Assembly (NCBI GenBank): GCA_973895155.1
Contig: OZ316895.1
Span: 6,808,184 to 6,872,183, forward strand
DNA: 64,000 nt
Direction: 5' to 3'
Origin: Marsupella aquatica
Lineage: Eukaryota; Plantae; Marchantiophyta
The translations under genes were made by a program, and so were the position numbers. Each line of letters starts with the position of its first letter. Positions within the stretch are counted from its first letter, which is position 1. Positions 44,096-58,007 of this stretch are shown here, one piece after another. The notes beneath the pieces are model-generated. The model saw nothing but the letters and a program-made list of their open reading frames with translations. It was not told the origin of the DNA and searched no databases.

Positions 44096-45734
44096 TTAAC
44101 ATACTGATAAATTGCAATAATTTTTCCTACTGCAGGTTGAGCTTGGGGGGGGGCAGGATCACATGCGACAAAGTATAGACCTATTTCAATGGATGTAACC
44201 AAATACTTCCAAAGTTTTGTTGAAGAACAAATAGGGCATCCTTTATTGATTGGTTGACTTAAAAAAACAAATGCACCTATTTAATCGTAAAAAATACTTT
44301 CTTCAAAGTTTTAGGGGTTTTTAGTAAAAGATGACATCATTTAAAGAACAAAAAGGGTGTTGCAAAAAACAAAATTCACTGAATATAAGTTAGGGGGTTC
44401 AACTACTAATTAAAACGTCGCACACCTTGTATGACCCTCCATATAGTGACTTCCCCAAAGGTTGAGGACAGTGGCAGCTTAAGAACACAATGAAGGGGTC
44501 AAATTAAAATATCAGAATCCAGCAACAATTGCCAAGTGTAGTGAAGTTGATTGAGTTGAACTAATCTTATTTATCCCTTCTAAAACAAAGTTATTCTTAC
44601 TTGTTCATAGATAGGATGGTTCTAAAAATATTTTGTGATCACTAGATAGATCATTAGTTTAGTACATAATAAAGTAATAAATTGTTACACAGAGTGTTCT
44701 AGTTTTGTTAGGGTGGAGTAACCAAAGTTTAATGACCCAATAAATGTGACTGTCGTAGTTTTAAGTCCTTGTCCCCGTCCTTGTCAGGACTCAACCGTTT
44801 GATTAGAGACAAAATTCAAGATTGAGGCTAATCAACGAGATTAGCATTGATTAGCCCCAGACCTCATTGCCTGCTGCCCAGTGTTCCAGACGTTGGTATC
44901 AGGTTAAATACTTGGAGCGAATTAGTCTGGGCATCAGTTCATTGGGATGAGGCAGGCTTGGGAGGCAGGACTGGTCCTTGGTTCGAATCCTACTAGTGAT
45001 GATGAATTCGTTTGTCATTCATCCCACCCAAAAGTGGGGATCACTCTCCCTCTTAGAAAAAGTGTAAGTCTGAAGAAAAGACGGGCAGCAGGCGCGTGCA
45101 GCGGGCGGCGAGAAGACTGAGTACCGTATGAGCCTCGAAGTTATCTTTTGTCGATGGCGAGAAGAGTACCGGAGGCTCATTATGAGCCTTGAAGTTGTCT
45201 TTTGTCATGAATACCATTTGATGCCGTATTCAAGTGACATGAAATTGATTATACAGTGAGCAGTGTCTAAGTGTAGGCTTCCAGAATGACACCACCAACC
45301 AGCACATATCCACGGATTGCACTAAGTAAGTTGTAAGTGCACTGCCTGGTGCATCATGCACTTCTCCATAATTATGTGCATGGTCTGCACTATCTAATTT
45401 GTGCATGGAAAATTGATTAATATGCACTCCCTCTTGTGTTGTCAGGTCACACACATTGGACTCCTCAAACCAGAGCCCTCTGACTTATAATTACGGACCC
45501 CCATTAGGGGTCTCTTGCAAATTCTCTGCCATGAGGTTGCGCCACATCACCACAACCAGCCACAAACAGGAATGATCCTACTTTTAACAATAACAAACGT
45601 GCACATTCCTGTTTGTGGCAAAAGCAATGTAATTTTTGGGGCGCCATGCCGTAAATATCAAACGTAAAAAAATCCAAAATACAAAGGAAGAGATGTCATT
45701 TAGTAAAATAAAGTTACCATTTTGATGTTTGTCA

Positions 45735-45737
<3 letters not shown>

Positions 45738-45780
<43 letters not shown>
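45738..45780. repeat. (AT)n microsatellite
   Basis: Uninterrupted AT run of about 21 units. Confidence 0.98.
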
Positions 45781-45782
<2 letters not shown>

Positions 45783-45914
45783 TGTTTTATATCAAAATGT
45801 TTGTAAAATAATTGTCATTCAGTAAAATACTTGTTTGCAAGTTTGAAAAAACAAATCGATAGAAATGTACATAGTTAAAAACACTTTGGCTTCACATTGT
45901 AAAACTAAATAATA

Positions 45915-46400
45915 AATCTTCTTAGTACTTGATAAAATTTGTCAATGTTGATTCATTGGAAAACTCAAGATCAAGATTTAGAAACTCGTGAACTCTTTAG
46001 TATTGTCTTGATAAAATCTCTTAATGTCATAGTCATTGAAAAGTTAGAGTAAAATTAAAAACTCATCATCTCCTTGGTACTGGACAAAATCTATCAATGT
46101 TAGGTTCATTGGAAAACTAGAGAAATTCAAATCGTCATGATCTCTCTAATTCTTGACGAATAATCTCAATGTCACACATTAGAAAGCTAGAGAGATTGAA
46201 AACCTCATGATGTCTTTAGTACCGTGACAAAATCCGACATGAAATTTGTCAATGTCGGACTCAATATTGGAAAGCTAAAAGAATTCATGACTCGTGATCA
46301 AAAAAATTATTCTCACTCATTGGAAAGGCAAAGAAATTCAAAAGCTCATTTGGAACTTGACAAAATTTGTCAATCTGAGGTTCATTGGAAACTCTTTCTC
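45915..46400. repeat. Degenerate ~55-60-bp tandem array
   Basis: Recurring motifs (T)TGA(C/T)AAAAT..(G)TCAATGT...TCATTGGAAA...CTC(A/G)TGA. Confidence 0.7.
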
Positions 46401-48147
46401 GATTAAGAGATATCACAATCTCGTCACCGTCACAAACTTAGTCTTTGCAAATTGATTTTTTTGATTACGTCGCCATCGCCTGTCCACAATGCTTGCTTCT
46501 TGGCTTGAATTGTTTGCATTCCTCTAGTCTTCAGCTTAAGCTCATTCTGAACACAGGTTGATGTCAAATGCAACCTCTATGTCAAAGAAACAATTGTTTG
46601 TCTCTTCCTTGCACCATAGCTTTTTTAACTAAAAAAAACTACAAATCCTTCATGTAAAGTGATGGCTTGTTTGTTTTGTGTGTTCTTCCCACCGAATCGA
46701 CAAGCACTCTTTCGCCAACAACTGAGTGCTGTCCTCCAGTTTGTCTTGTGGCGGTAATGCTCAATGTAACTCACAAACAATCAATCAGGAATGGTAGAAA
46801 CACAATTTCTCTAATGTGTAAGCAAAAACCGTCAAAAAACTCAATTCCTCCACATTCAACTTTCGTTTGATAAATCTCTTCTATCTTTTGAGCAATTTCT
46901 TTTGTATGAGCACACACCAAGACCATCGGGAGACTCAAAACTATCGGTTATCGCCTTGCTAAACATTGATTTCACTTCATCACACACACATTCCTTGGAT
47001 GAACATGGGGGTCCACAGATTCATTGCACAATGTAACTGGAGAAGTGCGTGAAATTATTTTATGTAATTGTTTACTGCAGTTGTCAATAATACCTTCTTA
47101 TGATTGTATGCATTGCAATAATTGATAGAATAATGCATGTGTAACTTATAGATGGAAATGCACCTATGTTATAGTTATTTAATGCCAATATTTTCCCATT
47201 TAGTGAAGGTTGACTTTGCACTTATGCAAAGTGCATTTTTTTGGTGCATTTAGAATTAAGAACATTGTTGTGATATTAGGGGACTACATGGTTGGCCTGC
47301 ACTTATCCCCATAAAGCACTTAGCAACAGTCACTATAATTTATAAGAGCATCCACACGTACCCCTAACAAACCTTTAAGTTCAAAGGTTCCAGTTTTGCA
47401 AAATGGCATATCAAGTATGTCGAAGCATATTATGGTTGTTTTTAGTGGACTGTTCAAGGGAAGACCCAGACATTTGTTTAAGAACTTTAGTGCAATCTTT
47501 CTAATTCAATTAATTTTGAGACTTATAAGTAAAGATAGGGTTTTGAAAAACAAATTCAGATTATAATATTTTAAAATTTTGTTTTTCAAAAACCCTATCT
47601 TTACTTAATATGCAAAAATATATAACAAAATATACATTTTGAATGGGATTATGAGTTATCCTAGCCTACTGCAAGTACTCATATGTTAACAATCAAGTAA
47701 GCACTTTCTATTTTTATATTGATGATGACTTTTACTTTATATAGATTATAAGTTAAAGAATAAATATTCTATAATTATAAGGTTATAATATTTCTTTTAC
47801 CTCCTAAGGTTTTGAAAAGTTTAGTTCATTTATATCACAAATTCTTATTTTGGATTGGACTATGATAATGTGCCTTGGAGTTTACTCCAGACTCGGACTT
47901 TAGTTCCTCAGCCTTTGTGGGGTGGGGGGACTGGATTCCCTGTTTGTTCCCCTTGTTTTCTCGGCATTCTTGGGTGGTCTGCCTTTGAGATCCGATCGAC
48001 CTCGTTGGAGCTTTTGGTTCTTTGGCGGCTGTTTCCCCCCCTTGTTTTCTCACCATTCTTGGGGGTTCTGCCTTCGAGATCCTATATATCGTCCCCTTTG
48101 GAGCTTGGCTGAGCCCGTCAATTCCTTTCATTTCGGGTATGTAGGGG

Positions 48148-48800
48148 CTGGAAGCAGTTGCTCGGTGCAAGTCGTCAACGTACTGTTGACAGCGAGCAAC
48201 GAAGCACAGATTGTTCTACATACTTCAACTGCAATGCAAACCTCTCTCGTTGGGGTTCTCGAGGGGGCATTTGGTCAAAACTATGAGAAACGATGCCCTG
48301 TGCTACAATGGAATAGACTGCGCTGAGCTTAACTAGAAGCCACGTGCAGCGGATAAATTGCTAGAAAATGGATCCTGCTTACAAAGTACCTCGTAAATAG
48401 TCGCGTACTGTTATATTGTCCTGCAGGATTTCAGAAGCAGGCGAAATGCTGAACCTCTTGAAAACCTTTTTAATGTGAACGTGACGTGAATGGCTAGAGG
48501 CTGTGTTACACATAGCAGTTTAGAATTTTGATTAGTAGGAAAATTGTTGGCTCGTTCATCTACTTGGAGTATGAGTACGTTCTTCGATCAATGAGCTGTC
48601 CGAGGTCAGACGGTAGAATAGAAGTGAGAAGTTATAAACGCCACATTGGTTTCATATCTGGCGGTGTGGAAAACAACGAAGTAAAGGAACTTGTTGTGTA
48701 CTCATCTTTGGCTATGCTCTAAATAAATGTCTCTAGCTTCCTGATGAAGTCTTTTCAAATTGTTTTTGTCACCATGCCTTTGCCAATAATTGATAACTTT
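48148..48800 (-). repeat. Third, truncated copy of the subtilase upstream region
   Basis: GCTGGAAGCAGTTGCTCGGTGCAAGTC, TGACAGCGAGCA, ATGGAATAGACTG, TGACGTGAA and TACTCATCTT occur in the same order as at ~42243-42960 and ~34359-35110. The copy breaks off before exon 1 at a T/G-rich segment (~47870-48147). Confidence 0.75.
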
Positions 48801-51317
48801 GCCAGAAAGAAAGGTAACCTGGAATGAAATTTAGCCCAATTATTTGTAAGGTTTAGCATGAATGGAACTCATGAAACGAGCAAGTCCTGAATCTCCAAGA
48901 AAATGCAGAATTTCACTTCGTCGCACAAGAAGTGAAATTATTCTTACTCATGCCAACCCCTATACTTTGTGAAAGGCATAATCTGTAGACTGAGCCATTT
49001 TTCCGGTCGAGGGTGTACAAAAGCAGTTTGTCCGCAAGGGATCCCCAGCGGCGCCACCTATCAAAACTTTTGTGGAATCGAATTGAGCAAGATCCGAAAT
49101 CAGCTCTTCTACAGGAAATTCAGATTCTCCCGAAATGACAAGTCGCCGATTGCAAGAGCATTCGTCCCTCGGTTCTCAGACAGAATTTGGTATTAGGACC
49201 TTCAGAAACGCTCTCCAGAAATCGGATCACAGTTGCCAGAGGCAGAAATTGGATCATAGCTGGCATTCCTAGATATTTCCACCTCTGTCCTAGAGCAATA
49301 ATAACTAGTTGTTGTAAGTCATACGGGCAAGGCTGGATAAGGGATGGCTTTTGTTATTGGGCGACCATAGACCGACCTGTGGATGAAGGGAGGCCTACGG
49401 GAGCCCCATACCTCATTAAACCACTATCTTCACCAGTGAGGGAGTTTTGATATTACCAGAACTAACCATATTAGCATCATCACTTGCTTGCAATCATGGA
49501 CGAGAGTGACATCCGTCCACACCTCGCTCTTAGATAGTGCCAATGGTGGGTCCCCCAACACGAAGACCCGACTATCGAGTTGTGAGCATCTCGAGGGAAC
49601 CATGAGTAGTTATTTTTCGTCACAAAACAGCGACCGGCATTGTTCCAGGTTTTGTGAAGCCTTCTTCCGGACTCTTCGTGTCTGTTTTTTCACGGTTGTT
49701 TTTGTTGATGGAAAGTGGTTTGAGTTTGCAGGTTTGCACACTGAAAGGATGTTGCCATCCCGGTTGCCGTGTGGAGGGGAGGGGATGAGAGTTTTTTCTA
49801 TTCATTATATACTTTGCAGGAAAGTGGATGGATATCGTAAAGTAGATTCATCACCTTTGCATCCAAAATAGTTGTTGGCCCCTCAGACTCCAAAAAAACG
49901 CAAGGGTACCAATCCCGATGCATGAGCTTTCAGCCTCATCAGAAGTGTGGATCCAAATTGTTTGATGGCTGTTTCGAGTTCTTGTAGAGTAGTATCTCCT
50001 ACTAGCAGCTATTTCCTATCACCTGCAGTCACCGCATAGTGGAATGTGGAACTCTGCCAAATGTCTCTGCTATGCACAAGAGATTAAACACAAATTGCTT
50101 ATGGCAGGACGATTTTCTTGTAAAAAATACAGACATGGTGTTTCCGAAGTTGTTACTCTGCTTCCTCATAGTTTTCCACCTCACATACCATCTGATTGTT
50201 TGTCAAGTTTCGTTGCTATCAAGCAAGGGACGTAGTCCTGGACAGAGTACTTTCAAGAAGCTAAACAAGGAGCCCAAATCTGTTCGCTCTGATAGTGTTT
50301 GGAGGGACGAGGGCTTTGACGCTCCTGGAAAGAATGCTTTCAAGAGGCTAAAAACTAGCCCAAATGCTCCTGGAACGAGTGCTTTCAGCAGGCTAACAGG
50401 GAGCCCAAATCTTTCGATTTAATAATATGTTTGCAGAGATGAGGGCTTTGAGTGCTCCTGGAAAGGATGTTCTTTAGAGGGGCCCAAATCTGTTCTTTGA
50501 TAATATGTTTGTATAGATAGATAGATGAGACTGTGAGGGCTCTTGACACGGATATGACAGACCTTGCTGATGATCTAGATAAGTTTTCATTCGCTGACAA
50601 GGACCTTTGGTGATACTCCCTGTGCCATTGGCTAACAAGCGGCTTATCTTGAAGCTGACTACTCAGAGACAATTGGTTTGCTGACTGCAGAACATCTTCC
50701 AGGTGTAACGAAAGAAGAGAAGATCAGTTGATTTGCTGATTGCAGAGCATCTTCCACATGTCGTGTCACGTGAGTGTCGTGCCACAAGACAGGAGAAGGT
50801 GACGCCTGCAAAGGAGGTAGTGTTATCATCTATGATGAGGAGCAAGAGCCTGCAGCATGACTGCAGTTTGATCCACGACAGTACTTGTATTACCTACGTT
50901 AGTAACTTACTTTATGACCGAAGCACAAGCCTTACTTAGAAGGGACAGCCACACTCAGTCAAGCCCTCCCCCCTTCCCGCCTGGAGAAAAGGAAAGACTG
51001 CATACTCGGGATTTTAGACAAACCCTGGCCATTCTTGGATAACAAAGTTGTAGTACTAAGATAAATAATGTTTCATAGATCTCTATGGCTAAAGAGAAAC
51101 CTGAAACCACTCACCAAGGTCAAAATTCAGAGCCATTTTCTCAATATTTCTAACTCTAGCCTCCGTCAACTCAAAAGGATTCACTTCGAGTTGAAGCACG
51201 AAATGTGATACTGAGGAACGAGGAAAAGAGATCCCAGAGACAGGTCAAGCAAAGAACCTAAGAACACTTCAATGTACAATCAATTATAATTTACAGACCA
51301 TCCTTTTTTGATGGGGT

Positions 51318-54300
51318 TTATTGAGATTTTGTGTCATCCGCGTTACCAACTAAACTGTATACAGTAGCCTCTGCATTATCTGAAACTTTCAAGAAATCTT
51401 CGACCACTACAGCCTCTTCATCTAGAGAAGCTTTATCTGAGATCTCTGATTCACCTTCAGGATCACCTTTAGCTTCGGCAGCTCCATTAACAGTAGCTAT
51501 TTCTGAGATATCTGGTTCTGCTTCAAAGGGAATTGATTCTTCGGGTACCTTATAATACACCTGTTGAGCATGAATTGAAGTCAGTTGGCCGTCACTTCTC
51601 TCAAAATCCTGGCTCTGGTGCTTGATAATATACCTGATCATTATGTAAATCGCATGATGAGCATCAAGTCAGACAACATTTGTACGTGCATTCCGGACAG
51701 CAAGACATCAACGTCCCCTATTGAAACTGACAATACCAGCCATGTATTTCATACGAGCGAAATGGTGACAGAAGATTGCAACTGACCTGACAAGATCGTG
51801 AAGGAGCTAATACAAAAAATGAGTGAGGTCGATTGTTGAAATTTGTGTCAGGCTTCCCAGGAATTCCTTCAGGAGAGGTAAAATGGTCCACAGTATGGTC
51901 AACCTACATCGACAGGTTCAAGAGCCGGTGACATTTGTTAGTCAGCTAATCCCACTCAAATGGAAAACATGGCTTTTACAAAATAAATACTGAATAGAAT
52001 ATGATTTCGAGGATGCAGGAAGAGTCTTGTAATTACCCGTTTGTGACCGCCCACCTCGGCAGCGTCGCTATCCAAACACACTCGGTACTTGCCAGGCAAT
52101 TCACAGCCAACTTTGTATCTGGAGTTTGAAATCATAAACCATCAGGATTGAATTCCTAACATTTCTACTCATTACTTCATGACTTAAGCTTTGACACAAA
52201 CAAAATAATGAAAGCCTTGACAGCCATTTTACATAATTGACTCTCCTAGAACACGAAATGAGTCAACGCTGGCAAAGTTCAAAAATCTTGCTCTCTGACG
52301 CTGTACGAAGAAGCAGCGTCAGTGAGAAAGGGACAGGTATAACTGACCCGTCATAAGAATTGGTAGGATGAAAGTTGAAGACAAAAACCAGGTCAGCTTT
52401 CTCAAATACGATCATCTGCATGAAAGATAAGTATCAGAGTTTCTGCATCTACGATCGATGCACCCGTACTTACTGAAACGAGGAATATAGGGCATTTCGC
52501 ATGTCAAACGAATGATGAGAGATTCAAATAGAAAAGCAAAAGGAACAGAAAAGTGATGAACACTCACCTTGTCTCCCTCGTTTGCACATGATGTGTACTG
52601 TTTCCGACTGCTGAGTATACCGAATCTCTCATCGAGTGCATTCATTTGTGCGTCAAATTTGTTCATGTACTGCGACGAGTATGAAATATCCAGACATTGA
52701 TGAGTAGTTTCGGTCTCAAGAACAAATTCAAGCGAGCTAAAGTCATTCGCAAGCATGACATCCTTGATTGAAAAACTAAATCCAAAGGCTGTCATATTAA
52801 GTTGGGGGAACGAGATGCCTAAGAAGCCTTTGGAACCATCACCGCCCAGAAAATGGCAACACGCAAGTTTTCAAAACTTAAGGCTATTATCTGATTCGAC
52901 AACGTAATTGGTCTAAACTGACAGGTGACAAATGAAAATCTTGACATCAAGTATCCAACTGATACCTTGTATCGTAAATGCTCCATATCAGCAATGTCCC
53001 ATCTTCTCCGACACTTGTCAAAACTCCAATTGTTACCAGCTCTTGGAAAGTCAATCCACTCCGGATGGCCAAACTGGAAACAGAAGCAGGCGTTCCTCAG
53101 TGATAGTTGTAACCAGTATTACGACGTTGGCACTATCTCGTCAGGTATATAAGCAAGACGAGCTGCCTCGAGAAATAAAACTAGGCAACTGTTTCCAGGA
53201 CACATACCTCATTTCCCATGAAGTTGAGATAGCCTTCACCACCCAATGCAAATGTGATAAAATGGATCATCTGCGTAACGAAAATTCCTGTGTCAGAATT
53301 TCGCAACTCAGGTAGGAATGAATAAGCAAATGATCATCCCATAGGACATGATCACGGTATCAACTAACAATCATCAACATCTTCCAAGATGCAGGTCTCC
53401 TCATCAAAAGAATCAAATGAGTTCGAGCGGACCTACCTTGTGGAGTGCAACACCACGGTCCACAACTGGTGATGCTGGTCCTAGTGCTGACATGTTGAAG
53501 TACATTTCCTTGTCCATGAGAAGGAAGGCAAATGTTTTGTCTCCTACCATCGACTGGAAAAAGGAACCCAAAAGAAAAGAAAACCATGACATTCAGTAAC
53601 ACGACATCACCAAAAGACTTTCTAGCATCCTTGATCTTCCGTATACACTAGTCTGAAAGCTAGTCTGACATAACTAAAGGCAACTGCATTCAGTTCCAAA
53701 TCTGATCAGATATGAAGACACGGCCTCTCAGCACACATGCCGCATAGAGGTGAGTTTGAAACTCATGATCTCTAGTAAAACTTTTTCCTACGTGACATCT
53801 GGTTCAAAAGGGCCTGCAAAGGACTCTTTGTAAACATAAAAAATTTGATCTCTCTCACCTGATCGTGGCTTTCAGCATAGCCGACACATTCTTCTGTGTA
53901 TCGACGATTCAGGAGCGTGTACATGATGTCACCCATTTGCCAGTCTTCATCTTTTCTCTCCTTCAGATACTGTATCCACTTGTCTGGTATAGCCATGGCC
54001 AAACGGAAATCAAAGCCAATACCGCCTTCTGAAACACGCCGACCGAGAGTAGGCATGCCGGACACATCCTCCGCAATCATCGTTGCCTCAGGATTGAGCC
54101 CATGGACGAGTTCATTTGCAAGCATGAGGTACACACCAGCCTCTACGTCTGTAGCAGGACTGAAGTATTCATTATAGTTCCCTGTAAAACTCATATTGAG
54201 GCCATGATGGTGGTAAAGCATTGATGTCACGCCATCAAACCGAAAACCATCAAATTGATATTCTTCCGTCCACCATCGCAAGTTGGACAGTAGAAATCGC

Positions 54301-57300
54301 TGTACTTCCCATGATCCATAATTAAAGAGGCGACTATCCCAAAGTTTGTGATAGCCACGAGGACCACTATGAAAATAGGATTCGGCATTTCCAGACTCGA
54401 GATCAAATCCGTTCAGTCCATCTAGCATGTTGGTGCTGGCATGGCTGTGTACCATATCCATGAGAACCCGTATGCCCATAGAATGTGCCTTATCGATGAG
54501 ATACTTAAGGTCTTCTGGTGTTCCAGAACGACTACTGACTGCAAAAAAGTTTGTTACATGGTAGCCAAAGCAACCATAATAAGCATGTTCCTTCACCGCC
54601 ATTAACTGTATTGTGTTGTAGTTGTTGGCTTTGATGCGAGGTAAAACATTGTCAGCAAATTCTCTATATGAATTCACCCGAGCCTCAACTGAACTCATTC
54701 CAACATGGGCTTCATAAATGCGCGGTGCAGGAGGCCGAGGAGGTCGAGGATGCTTGAAAACGTATCTGAAAATTAAACCAGTTTTCGAATGTCATGTTTC
54801 AAGATCAAATCAAGATCAAGACCAGCACTGAGGCTCTGTGTGAAACAGGAGAAAACAGGATAAAGCCGGGGCATCATGCCCCTTATAAACAGACCGCAAC
54901 TCAATCCAACTTGTAGCACCAGTACAGACCTTTCAGATGCTGGAGGTTCCCAATAGACGCCATCGTAAGCAGCAGCAAATTGGTGTGGATCCACAGTGGC
55001 CCATTTAATCCAAGCTGAGATACAATCTACCCACGATCCATTACTCTTTCTCAACCTAATTTTCACTTTGGAGCCATGTTGAATGGCAGATTTCCCATCC
55101 ACGTCCGGGAGGGTTATGCTCCAAACACCGAATTCATTTTTGTCCATCTCGTGATTTACCCCATTCCAACCATTGAAGTCACCAACAAGCTGCGCCTCCC
55201 TGGATATCATAACACAAACTCCATTTAATTCAAAATCCTATCTCAAAGATAGCAGCAAAAGGACGACCGGGCAACCCTGGAAATCGAATGCTATCCCCAA
55301 CACTGGGCGGAATGTAAAACCCATAATGTAGCTGGTATACATTTGAGATTTATTTCTCAACAAACCCAAATCCGTTCCTGTCACTCCACACTTCCCTCCA
55401 GTAATTTTCGACTATCCCGCGATCAAAAGGAACTTCTCTTACGAAATGAGAATCACGGTAAGGAATATTACGTTGCTGCTGGAACCCATTCCCTATAGAC
55501 GATTGCGTCCTTCTCTCGGGTAAACCCAAACTTTCTATAGCCTGCCACATGGAAGAAATGCAACAATTTGCGATCAGGAATTTAATCCATTTGTAAATCC
55601 GTTTACCTTCACTAAACGGTAGTCTGGACAACCTTAAATTCGGGCGGGTCATCCAACCGTTTAGTAGATCCATTTCACAGTCCACCACAAAGAGCCTTCC
55701 GGCATTTCAACTTTTGGCCTAAAATCTATCAGACCCCCGGTCAAATACAAACAAATCCGAATCGTGTCATTGAGCTCGTTACAAAAGGGCTTCAATTGAT
55801 GACAATTAAAAGTTGAATCCCCAGAAAATTAAAAGAAATAGCTCATTTAAAGATGAATACACAATAACCCAAGCAATTTGAGCCGAGCGGAGTTTATACG
55901 AGATAATCTCAGAACTATTCTTTCACGGAATAACAGTTCAGACGAAATCGGACAACTGGATCACTCCAAATCCGATAATCCTCACCCAAAGAAAAGTCCT
56001 CGAGACCTCCTTCGTACTTCTCAAATGCCTCTTTCCTGGCCTTGAACTCCCGCATCCTGTATAGAAGATGCTCCTTGTGTGGTTCCAAAATAGGGTCAAC
56101 ATCGAGCACCCCGAGGCGGTCTGCTGATGCCTCGACTTCCTTCCGAACAATCGGCTCATTGGTTTCAACGCTTGCGGCGTTGACGGAGTATATCCTAGTC
56201 TTCTTCATCGCCAGTTGAGTAGACTGCGGCTACGGAAAGCACCCAACGATACACAGAGGGTTACATGACCAAGACGAAAATAAAACTTTAACGTTAGTGT
56301 TTACAGCACTACATCACTAAGACCACATATTTAGCTTCAACATGCTGACCGATCTGCTGAGAAACCTCAACGAACCACGAGAGAGAGAACGGTGTCAACC
56401 CTCCGAAGGAGAGTTTGAAAGAGCCAGTTGTGCGGACACTACAGCTCAGAATTGAAGATATATGACATTTCTAATGCTATGGAACTCGGTAGGCGTACGC
56501 CGTGAACACTCTAGCAGACACATCATACACCTGAATTAATTATGGTATTAAATTAGAAAACCCTGTAGAGTATGAAATTTAAACTTTTCGACTTCCACAA
56601 GCACGCCTACAACATCAAATAGCAGATGAGCGATAAGAATCTCAAAAGCACATGGCACATTACGGAAACAACTGTAGAATGCAAAATGCATCTGCATGTT
56701 TGGAATGTGGCCTCACCCTGCCACGAGTAGACTTGCAAACGCCACACGGGCCCAGCAAGGAGAACCTCCCTTGTCCGCTGTTCAGAATCATCTGCTGGTA
56801 GTCAAGGCCTCCGGCACTCATCCAGCGAGACTCCTTTGTCCTGGCCTGCAATCGAGAAAATCAGAGCTGCATAAGAAGTAGTGCTAGCTCCACATACACT
56901 GCGAGGCTCTATGGCAAATGGATCCGAATGCAGGGCATTCCGGCATTGAATGGTATGCATAGCGTGTCGGGCGTGGACGTGAAGCCCGTCCTGGACCGCC
57001 TCGTCACCGCAGGACGGAATGACCTCGTACGTCCATGCTGACATAACATAGCCTACGTAGCAAGTTCCTCGTAGGAAAGTGCACATTGCCAGCCACAGGT
57101 TCACGTCATCATTACCTCCCCTACCACCATGACTGCCCACCCACTCTCCTAAGCCCGCCCCCGCCACCCCCCGCCACCCCCAACGCCGATGCTCCATGGT
57201 TCCCATTTCTCGTTAATCACCGCGAAAGGATGGACGCAAGAAACGATCCAAAAATCGGGGAATGAGCGGTCCCCTGGAAATTGGATGAACGAAATCCAAG

Positions 57301-57560
57301 CATTGCGGCATCTCAAGACGACGAGCACAAATTGGGCACGATTTTTCCATAACCGAGAAAGCACGGATTGGACGCAAAATCAACAACGGAGAGCAAAATT
57401 GGGGCAACGGCACCGGGACAGTCCTCTCGAATCTCTCAAGCAGCGCTCGCCATGGCTTCCAATCGGGCAGAATCCAGACCTGCGTTGCCGCCGTCGTGTG
57501 CCGCGCAGCAACGGATCCGAGGGCAGCACCGACGATCGTAGCTGCCGAAGCCGCGGCCAT
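51318..57560 (-). CDS. SBE1: 1,4-alpha-glucan branching enzyme, class I (SBEI), plastid-targeted, GH13
   Basis: About 14 exons: 57560-57480 (Ala/Thr-rich transit peptide), 56845-56717, 56229-55986, ~55541-55472, ~55199-54929, 54765-53859, ~53552-53436, ~53269-53207, ~53070-52965, ~52670-52568, ~52413-52348, ~52118-52037, ~51902-51786 and 51560-51318. Catalytic motifs [17 protein letters not shown] and YAESHDQ. The single large central exon and acidic C-terminal tail fit class I. Confidence 0.94.
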
Positions 57561-57609
57561 CTCCCACAACGACGACAGCTCCAACGAGATGATAACAAAG
57601 TCGCAACCC

Positions 57610-57874
57610 CTGCCCTGTCCTGCCTCCCCTCCCCTGCCCTCCCTTCCTTCCTTCCTCCCCTCCCCTCCCTTCCTTCCTTCCTCCCCTCCCTTCCTCCCCT
57701 CCTCCGCTCGTCTGGGCCGAATGCGAAGGCCTCGTGGCTCGGCTGCCTCATTCTCTCTTCCTACTCACCCTATTGTATTCTATGTCGCGTACGTTAAACC
57801 TCAGCCGCATCAAAGCAAGCAAAGGAAGGAAGCAAAGCAATGCAAAGGAAGCAAAGCAATGCAAAATTAACACT

Positions 57875-57908
<34 letters not shown>
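57610..57908. repeat. CT-rich low-complexity tract (57610-57705) and (GA)n microsatellite (57877-57908) upstream of the SBE start
   Basis: CCTT/CCCT runs and about 16 GA units are directly visible. Confidence 0.95.
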
Positions 57909-57913
<5 letters not shown>

Positions 57914-58007
57914 CACTGCCAAGGTTCCAACCGCACGGGAGAGGATCGGAGCAGGGCATGATGATGAACTCGGGCCAGGCGGAACACGGGTACCCGGCCC
58001 GGCACAC

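Noticed and set aside
44894-44903. TGGTATCAG as a tRNA-Met primer-binding site
   Set aside because: The match is short, it is not preceded by an LTR-ending CA, and no gag/pol follows.
57189-57870. 202-aa and 124-aa plus-strand ORFs with Pro/Ser/Leu repeats
   Set aside because: They are antisense to SBE exon 1 and translate a CT-rich low-complexity tract.
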